This document shows, piece after piece, positions 52,683 through 64,000 of a stretch of 64,000 nucleotides of DNA; positions within the stretch are counted from its first letter, which is position 1, and each line of letters starts with the position of its first letter. Made by a program: the position numbers and the translations under genes. The stretch is from Antedon mediterranea. Its lineage: Eukaryota; Animalia; Echinodermata. The DNA is taken from NCBI RefSeq assembly GCF_964355755.1, contig NC_092670.1, forward strand, positions 32,910,388-32,974,387, in the 5' to 3' direction. The notes below the pieces were generated by a model that was given only the letters and a program-made list of their open reading frames with translations, was not told the DNA's origin and searched no databases.

Positions 52683-55600
52683 CCATAGGCCTACTTGTAT
52701 AGTTCGACTTGCTTCCTGACAACCACTCAAATGTTCCTTCTCTCTCTAAATCAGTGTATCCAATCCAAGCATCGGTTAGTGAATTCACGATAATCAACTG
52801 GTTATATATCCACAATTCTTCGCGTGCACTGGAAATTTCAACCAAATTCCCACTAAAATTATGGCATACATCTCTCCCGGAATTCCACGTACCAGGTTCA
52901 ACGGTGAGATGGTAGCATTTTAAAAACTGAGAGCTATAGTGCCATCCAGGTGGACACCCTACAAACAAAATGTATTCATACTATTGTGTATTGCGAACAA
53001 ATACATTTGCCTACAGTCTACTGTAGGCTTAATTCTATTCAATAAAAATGCGAATTATTAGGGCGAATTAAATAAGAATAAGATGTTACTAGAGGGTGAG
53101 CTCGCTTCGGTCGCTCATCCTCTAGTAAGTGTAGACGATGTATATCATAATTTCAATTAAAAACCTCACAGAAGGACGTTCTGGCCTATGTCAGTTTTTG
53201 CCATCTCCGGTGGTCGGTTGCCATATAATTATTGAAATACTTCTATTCGTAAAATAAAATTTATATCTCAGTTCCTTAGATTGAGATGATGAATATAACA
53301 TTTTAAAATGCCATGTTTATTATTAAGGGGAAGTAGCAGGGACCTATCTAATTTGTAAGTCCATTGTTGTTGTAGTAAAAATAATATGCATTCTCCCAGA
53401 TATAACCAAATACAGCATCGTAATTAATATAATCAAGAAGTGATAACACAGTAAACAATTGTATTAAAATGCTTGTTAAATTGTAGATATAGCAGTAAAT
53501 GAATTCTACTACAAATAGAATTGTGTCATAATTACAATATTGTGAGTAGAATATATGTGACGGGTCGATTATTCTGTATTAGAGGTGGAGGTTGAATATT
53601 TCAAATTATGTTTTATGGGGGAGGGGCGATTCAAATAAACGCGGTGGGCCAAATTGGTATTAGCAATACCTTATTTAGTTGTTTGTTTTATTTTCGATTT
53701 CTTACATATTAATCTTATATACTGATTTTACTATATACTCCGATGATTTTTGAATAGGCCTATATTTGATTTGAACGTTATTATCTTTGCAGTATAAATT
53801 TGTTTTGCAAATTTTACCCGTCGCCGTCAAAGGTGTAGATCTGTACAACAGTTTTTGCATTTTGTCTCCCTATTTTAGAATTAAGCATAATTTTATAGAT
53901 AAATTTATATATAGATGTACATTGATCAACTGTACTCTACTTTAAATGTGATACAATGCCTTAAAATGTCCCAGACTTCGTATCAGTTTCATTCCCTTTA
54001 AAATATAAAAATTCGCACCCAATTTTAATCCTACGTACAGCTGTGTAGACCTAACAGTTATTTCAACAACGAAATAGATGTTATCCATTTCTATATTAGA
54101 TGCCCGTGTATACTTAATAACCATAAACATTGTCACATATGTTCTGTTAATATGCTAATTATATTTGTTTGTTATTTGCAAATTATGCAAACTACGTTAC
54201 GCTCGGTGAAGTAATAAAAACAGTAGTTGAATTAAAAGAACCGTGTTGACGAGTCACACTTGTAATATGGTGTCAGAATAGTGGAAATTCACTCAAAATG
54301 GAATCGTTGAAATTTAAGCCGCCTCCACCCTTCGATTTTGATGGTCCTAGTGTGTCTGCTGCTTGGAAAAGGTGGAAACAGAGATTTACATTCTTTCTGA
54401 AAGCGACTGGCAGTGCACGTAAAAGTGGTGAAATAAAGGTAGCAATTTTAATTACTACACTGGAAGGGCGTGGCTTAGATATTTACAACAACTTTACGTT
54501 CACTGATCTTGTAGGCGAACCGGGTCAGGAAGATTATGTCCCAGTAGAGGACAATAATGATTTTGATACAGTAATGTCAAAGTATGATGAATACTGTAAT
54601 AAACGGGACCCGATAATGGCGTTACGAGCGCAATATTGGCAATATGAACGACCCGAAGGTCAGGGTTTGGATGAGTTTGTGAATGACTTAAGAACAATGG
54701 CGGTGAATTGTAAATTTGTGGATCAAGACGGTACGATTCGTGATAAGCTTTTCTTCAGTGTAACAAATCCAGTGATGAAAATGAAAGTTATGGGCGATGA
54801 TGGCAACGCTACACTTGATACTGTGATACACCGAATGAGAACTTTTGAGAGTTCTAGACGCGAGCTTGAAATGGCCGGTGTTGCAAGTGATTATAAGCCG
54901 AAGGTTCATGCATTGAGAAGAACCAAATCACATAAACAGACGCCAAGGGTTAGTGGTCAACAGAATCATCAGTTTACGGATGCAGCCAAAATTAAATGTA
55001 GCAGGTGCGGTTCTTCACATCTACCTCGTCAGTGTCCAGCTTATGGTAAAACATGCTACGGGTGTAAGGGTTTGAATCATTTTCAGTCTGTGTGCACCAA
55101 ACGTTTTTCCCGAGGACGCGGTCGTGGACGTGGAAGAGCTGTACATACAATGGATGAACAGTATATTATTGCCGAAGGTGTAAGTGATCCTAATGACTTA
55201 TACATTGACACTTTAACTGTTAAAGATAAAAATGAGTACTTTTATATTGACACTCTAAGAGATAATGATGACAAGAACGCTTGGTTCTATGATGTGTTTG
55301 TGGGAGGTAATGTGTTAAAGATGAAGCTTGACACAGGAGCAGGTGTTAACTGCATACCACTGGAAACATTTAGAAAGTTACCAGGACATAAGAACATTAA
55401 AGTATATCATTCTAAAACTAACCTATATAGTTATAGTGATGAAATTGTAAAACATATTGGTAAAGTTACTCTAAATGTAAAAGTTGATAACATCCAAAAT
55501 GATTATGACTTCTTTATTACTAATGTTGATGGTCCACCTATACTTGGATTGAAAGCCTGTAGGGAGCTTGGTCTGATCAAACGTGGTAACAATATGATGT

Positions 55601-58600
55601 GTAGTGATAATGTGATAAATAATAAATATGTACATGCACTAACTAAAGATTCTTTGATTCGAGAGAATCGTGATGTATTTACAGGTTTAGGTAAATATCA
55701 AAAGTAAATTAGACACGATATATCACATTCTCATAAATAAATAATATTACTTTTCCTTAAACATAAATTGTTTCTTAGATCACATTCATATGTTTCAAAT
55801 TGTTTCTTAGATCACATTCATATGTTTCAAATTGTTTCTTAGATCACATTCATATGTTTCATACATTATAGGATGGTTTGAAAATAAACATAAAATGAAG
55901 TTAATTATTGATACATTTATTTATAATCCAATCGATCCGGTGGACGACTAACACGATCGTGTAAATATCAAGATCCTTATGACATCAAGTTGAAAAGTGG
56001 TGTTTCTCCAGTAGTCCATCCACCCCGCAGGGTGCCACTTAGTCTGCATACCAAGCTGAAAGAAAAACTTGACGATATGGAGAAGAGGGGCGTGATTAAA
56101 CGGACCGACAAACCAACAGATTGGGTCAACAGCCTAGTGATAGTGGAGAAACGAGACGGATCCTTGAGGTTGTGTTTGGATCCACGTGATTTGAACAAAG
56201 CCATTAGACGTGAACATCATATGATACCGACCGGTAAGGACGTAGTGAGTCAGCTGTCAGGTAAAACACTTTTCACTGTCTTTGACCAGAAAGATGCGTA
56301 CTGGCAAGTTCCTCTTACTGACGCTAGCGCAGATATATGTACATTCAATACTCCTTTTGGACGATACAGTTTTCTAAGAATGCCATTTGGTATCTGCAGT
56401 GCTAGTGAGGTGCTACAGAAACGAAACCAGCAAATATTTGGTCATATACCTAACGTACACATAATATCTGATGATATGATTATAGCTACAGGTAGTGAAG
56501 CAGAGCATAATGCAACAGTACAGAGGGTGAACAATGCCAAATTCAATGGAAGCAAGCTTAAGTATAAACAGTCTGAATTGGTGTTCATGGGAAACGTGGT
56601 GAGTGCCGATGGACAGAAACCAGACGAAGAAAAGGTTAGAGTTATCAAAGAAATGCCTGACCCACAATGTAAATCTGACTTGCAACGTATAATGGGGATG
56701 CTTAATTATCTGTCACAATTCATACCTAATATGTCCAATGTGAGTGCACCTCTCCGGGAATTGCTCAAGAAAGATGTTGCGTGGTTTTGGGGTCCAGAAC
56801 AAGCAGAATCCCTGAGGCAGTTAAAGGCGTTGATTAGTAGCAAACCAGTCTTAAGTTTCTTTGATCCACAGAAGCCAACCATTATCCAATGTGATGCATC
56901 ATCCACAGGGCTCGGAAGCTGTTTGCTTCAAGAGGGTCATCCGGTTGCGTTTGCCTCTAGGTCGTTAACATCAGCTGAAGTTAATTACTCACAAATTGAG
57001 AAGGAGATGTTGGCGATCTGCTTTTCTATACACAAATACCACCAATATGTATATGGCCGAGCTGTTGAAGTTCACACTGACCATAAACCACTCGAAACAA
57101 TCACACGTAAACCACTCCATAAAGCTAGTCCTAGAATACAACAAATGCTGCTCAAATTGATAAAGTATGAGCTTGATGTTAAGTATGTTCCTGGAAAGTA
57201 CATGTACATAGCTGATGCTCTCAGCAGAGCATATCCTGATAAGGTTGATCGTGATGCCCAACCCCTTGAACAGTTGAAATATAGGGTGCATAGTCTAGAC
57301 GAAATATTGCCCATGAGTAAAGCAAAAATTGAAGAAGCAATACGAGCTACACATGCAGATGTGATACTCCAAACTCTAATTCTAACATGCAAAAGCGGGT
57401 GGCCTAAACATAGATGGGGTGCACCGGAGCAAGTTAGGCAGTATTGGCATCTTCGTGATGAGATACATGAAATTGATGGTCTTGTGTTTTTAGGTGAGAA
57501 GTTGATTGTTCCTAGCCAAATGAGAGCAGATATGCTGAATAAAATTCATGAAAGTCACCTTGGGATGGAGAAGTGTAAGGCGAGGGCCAGGTCTATTTTG
57601 TATTGGCCAGGTATGACCAACGATATAGAATCAGTAGTGTCAAGGTGCCCTGTTTGTGTAAAGTTCATGCGTAGAAATCAACGGGAGCCGATGATTCCAC
57701 ATAAGGTTCCTATGAGACCATGGGCTAAGCTGGGCGCGGATATATTTACATTCGCTGGCAGAGATCATCTTATTGTAGTTGACTATTTTTCCAAATACCC
57801 GGAAGTAGTGACACTCACTAGCAAAACGGCTGGAGAAATCATCAAAAAATTGAAATCTATATTCTCAAGACATGGCATCCCTGAAATATTAATGACGGAT
57901 AACATGCCGTTCGCCAGCTACGAGTTCAAACAGTTTGCTAACCAGTGGGGGTTCGATTTAGTGACGTCCAGTCCGACATATGCCAGAAGTAATGGGCAAG
58001 TTGAACGTTTCGTCCAAACCATTAAGCAACTCATGAGGAAGTCCGTTGATGAGGGAAGCGATTTTCATCTTGCTCTACTAGACTATCGTGATTCACCTAT
58101 TGCAGGGTTGAATTGTTCTCCTGCTCAGTTGTTGATGAGCAGAAAGTTAAGGTCAACACTTCCAGTCACACATACATTGCTGCAACCACAAGTTATTGTC
58201 GGAGCTAGAGATTTCCTTCAGTCACGTCAACAGTCTATGACAAAATATTATGATCGTGGTACACGTGTATTGACGAAACTAAGAAAAGGGGACAACGTGA
58301 GAATATTGAAAGGACGGCAATGGGAACCTGCTGTTGTGGCTAATGAACATGAGCTACCCCGTTCATATGTAGTGATGACCGAAGATGGAACGTCGTACAG
58401 ACGGAATCGACAACATTTATTAAACACTCAACAACCGGATACTTTGCAGAAGGGCGTACCAACTTTGCAGAAGGTACCGGAAGCACCACCCTTACGTAGA
58501 AGTGATCGTGTTAGTCGTCCACCGGATCGATTGGATTATAAATAAATGTATCAATAATTAACTTCATTTTATGTTTATTTTCAAACCATCCTATAATGTA

Positions 58601-61600
58601 TGAAACATATGAATGTGATCTAAGAAACAATTTGAAACATATGAATGTGATCTAAGAAACAATTTGAAACATATGAATGTGATCTAAGAAACAATTTATG
58701 TTTAAGGAAAAGTAATATTATTTATTTATGAGAATGTGATATATCGTGTCTAATTTACTTTTGATATTAATTTTTAAAAAAAAGATAAAAATTAAACTTT
58801 AGAAATTTATTTTGTTAGAAAAGGAAAGATGTCACATATGTTCTGTTAATATGCTAATTATATTTGTTTGTTATTTGCAAATTATGCAAACTACGTTACG
58901 CTCGGTGAAGTAATAAAAACAGTAGTTGAATTAAAAGAACCGTGTTGACGAGTCACACTTGTAATAAACATTGTATTGTATTTGTCCCAAAAGCTACAAA
59001 CGCGAGAAAGCTTAATAAGTAGTAGGTAGGCCTACCTAATAACTAGTAGATAGGCCTACCTAAACAGACATATTACATGTCGACATCAATCGTCATTGAA
59101 AAACACCGATACACACTGCCTTTCATTGTACTGACTGCCGCGGAGGCTGCTAGCCTCAGGTTTTAATCAATCTTCATTCAAAATTTGCATACATATTTAC
59201 ATGTGTAACTAATCACTACAATCATCATGCAAATGTAGGATATTTCGTGGTTAACCACCTTACATTTTCATACATTTTCTACCTTTTTAGTCGCGTGCAA
59301 ACGGCTCACTATGTCGGTCGGTTGGTCGGTCGGTAAACACTAGCTAAAATTTGAGCACGCGACTGTCCATGTATATGGCCTTGTTTTTTTCTTACGTAAT
59401 AGGCATTGGGAAAAATGGACTTACAAATTAGATAGGTCCCTGCTACTTCCCCTTAATAATAAACATGGCATTTTAAATTGGGAAATGTGACGGAGCTGAC
59501 CGTGACGGAGATGATGTATTTAGCATTGGACAGCCTAGGATCACATCGTAGGCATGTCTGACATTCAATAAAGGTACGCAGCTGTAATTTTTCTAAAACC
59601 TCGTTTTTTTTTAGCTTTTTTCCTCTTTTATTGAAAATGATGTGCGGCTAGTTTAATTTCAATATCTTCGTATGTTTACAACGCACAGTCAATTTTTTTC
59701 ACCGCCATTCATTAAACTGTAGACGGTACATTTAAATTATGTGACGGAAATGACACAAAACTGCGGGACAAGCTTTTTCCAAACAAAAACTTTAAAGTTT
59801 GAGATTTAATGTATGTAGAGATGTATTTCGAAGAATATAATCGCATGAAATCATGATTAACTAACTTTTTACAATATTTTCGATAACAAAAGTCCTGTTA
59901 TCAAATATATACGGCGATCATAAAATTAAAGATGTACGATCGGGACATAGGATTTTAGGGGGTTGCCTGAAACATTTTTATAAAAATTAACAATATCAAT
60001 GTAATTATCTTTGTTTTATGTAATTAATTATATTTACAATAATGTTGATTATGATTTAAGTCAAGAATTTTTATTTTTTAATGATGAATTTTCAGTCTCT
60101 ATCCTACCAAAGTATCGGGACACGATTTTAGACACTTACTGAAGAATGACCCGCCTACTGTATTCTGTTTTTGTATCCTCTTTAGTATTATTTTAACACA
60201 TAATTATTTCATACTTATATTAATACTAATAATACTTTCGATAGTATTTATGTTAAATCATATCTATTATATCTACCACATTCAAGCAATGCTAACAAAC
60301 AGACATGATTTTATATTTATAACATAAGTGTAACATTTAAGCGGTTTTATCTTAATGAATATATTTGTAGTGTTTAATTATATTATATATTATACAAACA
60401 TGTTCACCTTAGGAAAATATATCATTTTTAAAGAATACATAATCTATATATAAATTATGGTTAATTCTGACATAGGCGAGCACAATGCAAAAACTTCGGT
60501 ACAAATCTCCGCCTTGGATACCTACCTTATCTATCCGAGATGTACCGCGAAACGTAGATTTGATAACATTAGTGTGCACGCCGACGCTATTGTTCCATAT
60601 TTATATCTTAGGAAGATATTATAAAGAGTTTTTTAACAACATTTATGATTTCAACATTGGATTTTCCTCTCAATTTCAATTCTTCCCGGTCAAAGTAATT
60701 TCCGGGTTTAAGATAAGTTCACCTTAGTTTCAAATATTTTCTCTCTTTTATACACAAGGGAGCAGTTAAAATAATAGATTTGACCCTAAAGGTGACTGGA
60801 AACAGGCACTTTTCATCAATCAATACAGTGTCCCTTTGGAAGACGAAAAAAAAATTGGCCATTAATTATAGCCATTTCAGTTTTTTGTTTATTTTAAAAC
60901 ATACCACACGTGTGTGAATGTACAGTAGTTAAATAATAGGAATTATACTGCAAATTAATAAAGATCAAATTAAATATACGCCATAAAGAATCAGAATATA
61001 TTGTGGGGAATAGTATTATAAAATTACATAGGGAGATTTGATAAGACATTTTTCGAGTGAAATCCCGATAGCTGAGTTTTATTGAGTAAGCTTGCAGGAA
61101 TAACTGTAGGCTATCTTCCTGTGTCCCGTTAGGACCGAGATGTCTGCCCATGTTGCAAGCCGTAATGTCTTCTTTCTTGGGCCCACTCTGTCACGGCAGT
61201 TAGTTTCAAAAGATGATTAAATTAAATAATGTATTAATAATTATTAGGATGGTATTCATTTGAATAAACGCCTCTCCAATAAAACATCACTTTGAATAAT
61301 AACCCCCCCCCCCCCACCCCACACAACCCAACTATCTAATAAACGTCCATTCACATATTTATAATAACACAATTATACTATTTGTAGTAGAATTCACCGC
61401 ACTGTTATCTGCAATTTACCAAGCATTTGTTATTCTTTTTTACCACTTTTCATATCTATGAGAGGATTTCATTTGATTATAAATGTTACCATTATTATTA
61501 GAACTAAAAAATTTAACATATATCCCTCGAATAAGCACCTCCCTCAAATGACCTCCGCCTCCCCAAAGGGCCCTACCAAACAATAAAAACTATACTTTAA

Positions 61601-62085
61601 AATGTTATTAACCATCTAAAACACTGTGAAACAAAGTAGTTCAGTTTTACGAATGTCAAGCATTTTCAATAATGGTAACCGACAGAAAATGTATAAGGAG
61701 AACATTATCATTTCGAGAACCATCGTCTACACTTCCTAGAGGGGGAGCGAGCGAAGCGAGCTCACCCTCTAGTAATTTTAAATTTTCTTCGCCTCTTGTA
61801 ATTTACATTATCATGCAAATGTAAGATGTTTATTAGCCGTGGTTAACATGTTTTGAATCATAGAGCCATGGGTTCAGAATTTATCGACGACTAGTTAAGT
61901 TTGAGTAGGCCTATGTGGAATGTTGGATATGTGTACAACAACCCGATACTTCCGGGTAATAATTATGGTACAAAAAATACTGCTATACTAAAATAGAAAT
62001 AATTATTTTCAAACTCACCAGCATCACAAATGACGTAGTATGTACCAACCAAAATTAACAGTAAAATACGTTCTTTTGGTATCAT
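37942..62085 (-). CDS. Adhesion GPCR paralog B: signal peptide, C-type lectin, HYR, GAIN/GPS, secretin-class 7TM
   Basis: Exons: 62019-62085 (MIPKERILLLILVGTYYVICDA), 52695-52958 and 51005-51127 (CTL with EPN and WND), 50598-50849 (HYR), 42030-42138, about 41776-41878, about 41235-41318, about 40866-40987, about 40597-40661, 40250-40361 (GPS HL/TSFSVLM). 7TM exons at about 39893-39996, 39689-39795, 39040-39260, 38852-38918, 38472-38575 and 38189-38358 (LPLMGTTW, NGCQGLFIF). Last exon 37942-38016. Exons between 42140 and 50598 are unresolved. Confidence 0.85.
42780..47506. mobile_element. Academ-like foldback: two inverted copies of a dead transposase 3' end plus subterminal repeats
   Basis: 42780-44250 is the reverse complement of 44835-44973 joined to 46090-47440. 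ORF 46131-46502 has LPPTENAATQHSFRVHLQVVVWK...GW...ICCNCK followed by a broken CXC region. Right terminus ...GGTTACTA at 47506; left terminus not found. Confidence 0.75.
44974..46089 (+). mobile_element. 3' fragment of a CR1-group LINE inserted into the Academ-like arm
   Basis: HRHLGV...LKWDSHI...VRPLMEYAAPVW...ELGWLSLEKRR and CTCG...HFLCYCPNY. AATAAA plus poly(A). TSD AAATGCAA, with the empty site visible in the opposite arm near 44100. Confidence 0.88.
47570..50540. mobile_element. Rearranged L2/CR1-group LINE with inverted middle segment and nested HINE-like repeat
   Basis: Plus strand 47659-47946 (KHAPIKSKRVR...PWL). Minus strand about 48113-49210 (HSTET, DLSKAFD, GVPQGSILGP, YADD). Plus strand 49781-50333 (LSWTPHV...VRPTLD) with an A-rich tail near 50515-50540. 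Confidence 0.8.
51517..51620. repeat. (CA)n-(TA)n microsatellite
   Basis: Seen directly. A second (TA)n run lies at 52636-52681. Confidence 0.98.
51694..51765 (+). tRNA. tRNA-like sequence (tRNA-Pro-like body, TGT in anticodon position), copy 1; probably pseudo-tRNA or SINE head
   Basis: A box TGGTCTAGTGG, stem CTCGC/GCGAG with loop CCTGTAA, B box GGTTCGAATCC, T6 run directly downstream. One mismatch each in acceptor and T stems; C at position 33. Confidence 0.55.
52060..52131 (+). tRNA. tRNA-like sequence, copy 2
   Basis: Identical to 51694-51765. Confidence 0.55.
52414..52485 (+). tRNA. tRNA-like sequence, copy 3
   Basis: Identical to 51694-51765. Confidence 0.55.
54298..55707 (+). CDS. 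Gag-protease portion of the polyprotein, truncated by an insertion
   Basis: WKRWKQRF, double knuckle CSRCGSSH...CPAYGKTCYGCKGLNHFQSVC, protease LDTGA. Confidence 0.9.
   Translation: MESLKFKPPPPFDFDGPSVSAAWKRWKQRFTFFLKATGSARKSGEIKVAILITTLEGRGLDIYNNFTFTDLVGEPGQEDYVPVEDNNDFDTVMSKYDEYCNKRDPIMALRAQYWQYERPEGQGLDEFVNDLRTMAVNCKFVDQDGTIRDKLFFSVTNPVMKMKVMGDDGNATLDTVIHRMRTFESSRRELEMAGVASDYKPKVHALRRTKSHKQTPRVSGQQNHQFTDAAKIKCSRCGSSHLPRQCPAYGKTCYGCKGLNHFQSVCTKRFSRGRGRGRGRAVHTMDEQYIIAEGVSDPNDLYIDTLTVKDKNEYFYIDTLRDNDDKNAWFYDVFVGGNVLKMKLDTGAGVNCIPLETFRKLPGHKNIKVYHSKTNLYSYSDEIVKHIGKVTLNVKVDNIQNDYDFFITNVDGPPILGLKACRELGLIKRGNNMMCSDNVINNKYVHALTKDSLIRENRDVFTGLGKYQK
55961..58545 (+). CDS. RT-RNaseH-integrase portion of the polyprotein
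   Basis: LRLCLDPRDLN, RMPFG, ISDD, CDASSTGLG, YSQIEKE, TDHKPL, HESHLG...CPVC, VVDYFS, TDN, SNGQVER. Confidence 0.92.
59480..60152. mobile_element. Fragment of a non-autonomous DNA transposon
   Basis: Repeated GTGACGGA and CGGGACA motifs and a terminus-like ...GACACTTACTGAAGAATGACCC. No partner TIR found. Confidence 0.35.
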
Positions 62086-63510
62086 TTTGAAACCAAAATA
62101 CTAAAATCAGTGTAAATACAAGCAAAAATGTCACTGAACTTATTCCACTGATGGTAATTTTGATTTGCACTAAATAACTAATACGAGAATAAACTAACGA
62201 AATGCCAATGATAAAATTAGACGTGTTATGACGTCTGACATTGTTATATCAAATGTACTATAAAATAATATTATTTGTATCATGTTTCAAAAGGTACTTC
62301 ACATATTACTTCACATCGTTGTATTAATAAAACTATAATTAGCAGAAGAATACAACTGACACAGTATAATATATCGTTTACAGAATGAATGAAATGTATA
62401 CACAATGCAATTACAATACATAGCTGTCAAATATCTTTTCAAACTCACAATCGAGCTATGACTAGACAATAATACAACAATGAGACAGAAAACCTTCTTT
62501 CTTTTTATTTTTGGAGACATTTCTTCAAGTTTAGGCCTATTTGTAGTTCATATTACTAATATTAGCTTAAAGATGTATTGTCCCCAAAACATGAAATAAA
62601 GATTCATTTAAGATAACTTTAAATAGGCCATTTCACAGTTTTAATAATGTTAATAACTTCCGTAAAAAGGAAAAAAATTGCTTTCAATTATGAAAATACA
62701 CATTTTTTCCAGTTGATATGTCAGGCAAATATCTGTTTTCGATTCAAATTTAGATAGAGTGAATAGCTATTATGTGACATTAAAATGGCATATTCAACAA
62801 CAACAGTTTAAACAAATATTATTTCTTTAGGGGGACAAATAATTTCTTTAAGATTTTCACTCATGAAAACTATTTAAGATTGTAACCGTATTGATTTCAA
62901 CCCAGAAGAAATGTGCTTCAATGTTATTACTAATAAACAAATAAAAAAAAACACAAAAATTAACTTACATTCCTAATTTCATCATCATAATTAGTGATAC
63001 AATACATTGTCATTAAACTAATACACAGTAGATATGTAGGTTCTGCTTGTAAGAATTATGTTTCCAATATGCACAACAACATTATTCAATAAATACATTG
63101 ACCGAACAATTGATTGATATTTTAAAATTAGATTGAGCAAATCTCTTTCTGACACATATTATTCATACCATAACGTTTTTTCTTTAATATGTAGGTTTTA
63201 ACTAAATAAGTGTAGTGCTATTATATACATTTTAGTTTAATATTATGTAAATTATTTATAAAAAATGAATAAATACAATTTTACATTATAAGTGCATTTA
63301 TTTATACAAATATAATCTGATGTGTGACAAATGCAGAGTATGAAAAAAATATAATTCTAGAGCCACGAAATATCGAAAACGAAACTGAAATATCTTTTAG
63401 TATTGCATCAATGAACTACAATAACATGCGTATGTGAATATTATCATTTCAATCCACTTAAGCCTTGGTGACATAATGTTTGCATTAGCGTGAAGAAAAT
63501 AACTATAATT

Positions 63511-64000
63511 TCAAGTCATTTGCGTTGTCACAGTTGACGTAGTAATTCGGTTTTTCTTAAACCTCTTCTTAAAACATTCGTTTATCTACGAAACGATAAA
63601 ATACCAGTATTATTATAATTGAATTAAATAGCAATCGTACAATCATACAAATACATAATAAAGTCTAAAAGATATATTCTTCGTAAACTTTAATCGGAAC
63701 ATATAATGTGGTAATCTACTGTACAAAATAATTGTACGAGATGTGAGAAGGATGCCTGAGTAAAAACTGGTTTTGAGTTATCGTGTCTTTTGTTTTTACC
63801 AAAACTACATACTCCCAGAATATGAGCCTAAATATAATATAATTTGTCATGCGCCACCTGGTTTAGAATATTTTGGGACACTGGTTTTTGTTGTAATCTT
63901 ACTGTAGGCCTAATCAGCAATAACGGTAATAATACCTCGTTATCAAGTAGACCGTAGATGACGAATATAAATATGCCTTGGCATCCGTTCAACACGTTGA
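63511..64000 (-). CDS. Adhesion GPCR paralog C, last two exons
   Basis: 63936-64000 encodes NVLNGCQGIFIFVIYGLLDNE and 63511-63585 encodes INECFKKRFKKNRITTSTVTTQMT*, nearly identical to the gene B terminal exons. Confidence 0.88.

Larger units (their letters stand above)
54131..58966 (+). mobile_element. Young Mag-like Gypsy LTR retrotransposon in intron 1 of gene B
   Basis: Identical 137-bp LTRs at 54131-54267 and 58830-58966 (TG...TA). 5-bp TSD AACAT, PBS TGGTGTCAGAA, PPT AGAAAAGGAAAGA. Confidence 0.96.

Noticed and set aside
56413-57392. Antisense ORFs within Gypsy pol
   Set aside because: Shadow frames of the coding strand with no motifs.
61192-61210. CACGGCAGTTAGTTTCAAA as a cryptic transposon end in gene B, implying V(D)J-like rearrangement of the receptor cluster
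   Set aside because: No nonamer block follows, and the paralogous repeat near 9222 reads TCGCGGAAGTTAGTTACAAA, so the match looks like chance. I saw no signal pairs flanking receptor exons.

Overview
AT-rich, intron-containing, repeat-dense animal DNA, most likely from a marine invertebrate such as an echinoderm (inference). The host content is a minus-strand tandem cluster of probable adhesion GPCR genes built as signal peptide, C-type lectin (EPN/WND), HYR repeats, GAIN/GPS and 7TM. One near-complete copy lies at 37942-62085, the 5' part of a second at about 5739-8329, and the 3' end of a third at 63511-64000. Most of the rest is nested transposable elements: two Gypsy elements, several LINEs, Academ-like foldbacks, hAT/Harbinger-type MITEs, an EnSpm remnant, Helitron-like repeats and tRNA-derived repeats. 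The standout is an apparently intact 5.77-kb Chapaev-type (RAG1-related) DNA transposon at 10026-15791. It carries a hand-assembled 11-exon, about 937-aa transposase with Chapa zinc finger, RING, an NBD-like GRP motif and a DDE core. Its 4-bp TSD is confirmed by an empty paralogous site in the window. Its ends are asymmetric and read like V(D)J recombination signals: CACGGCA, then a 21-nt or 12-nt spacer, then ACAAAAAGT. All calls come from manual reading with no database searches.
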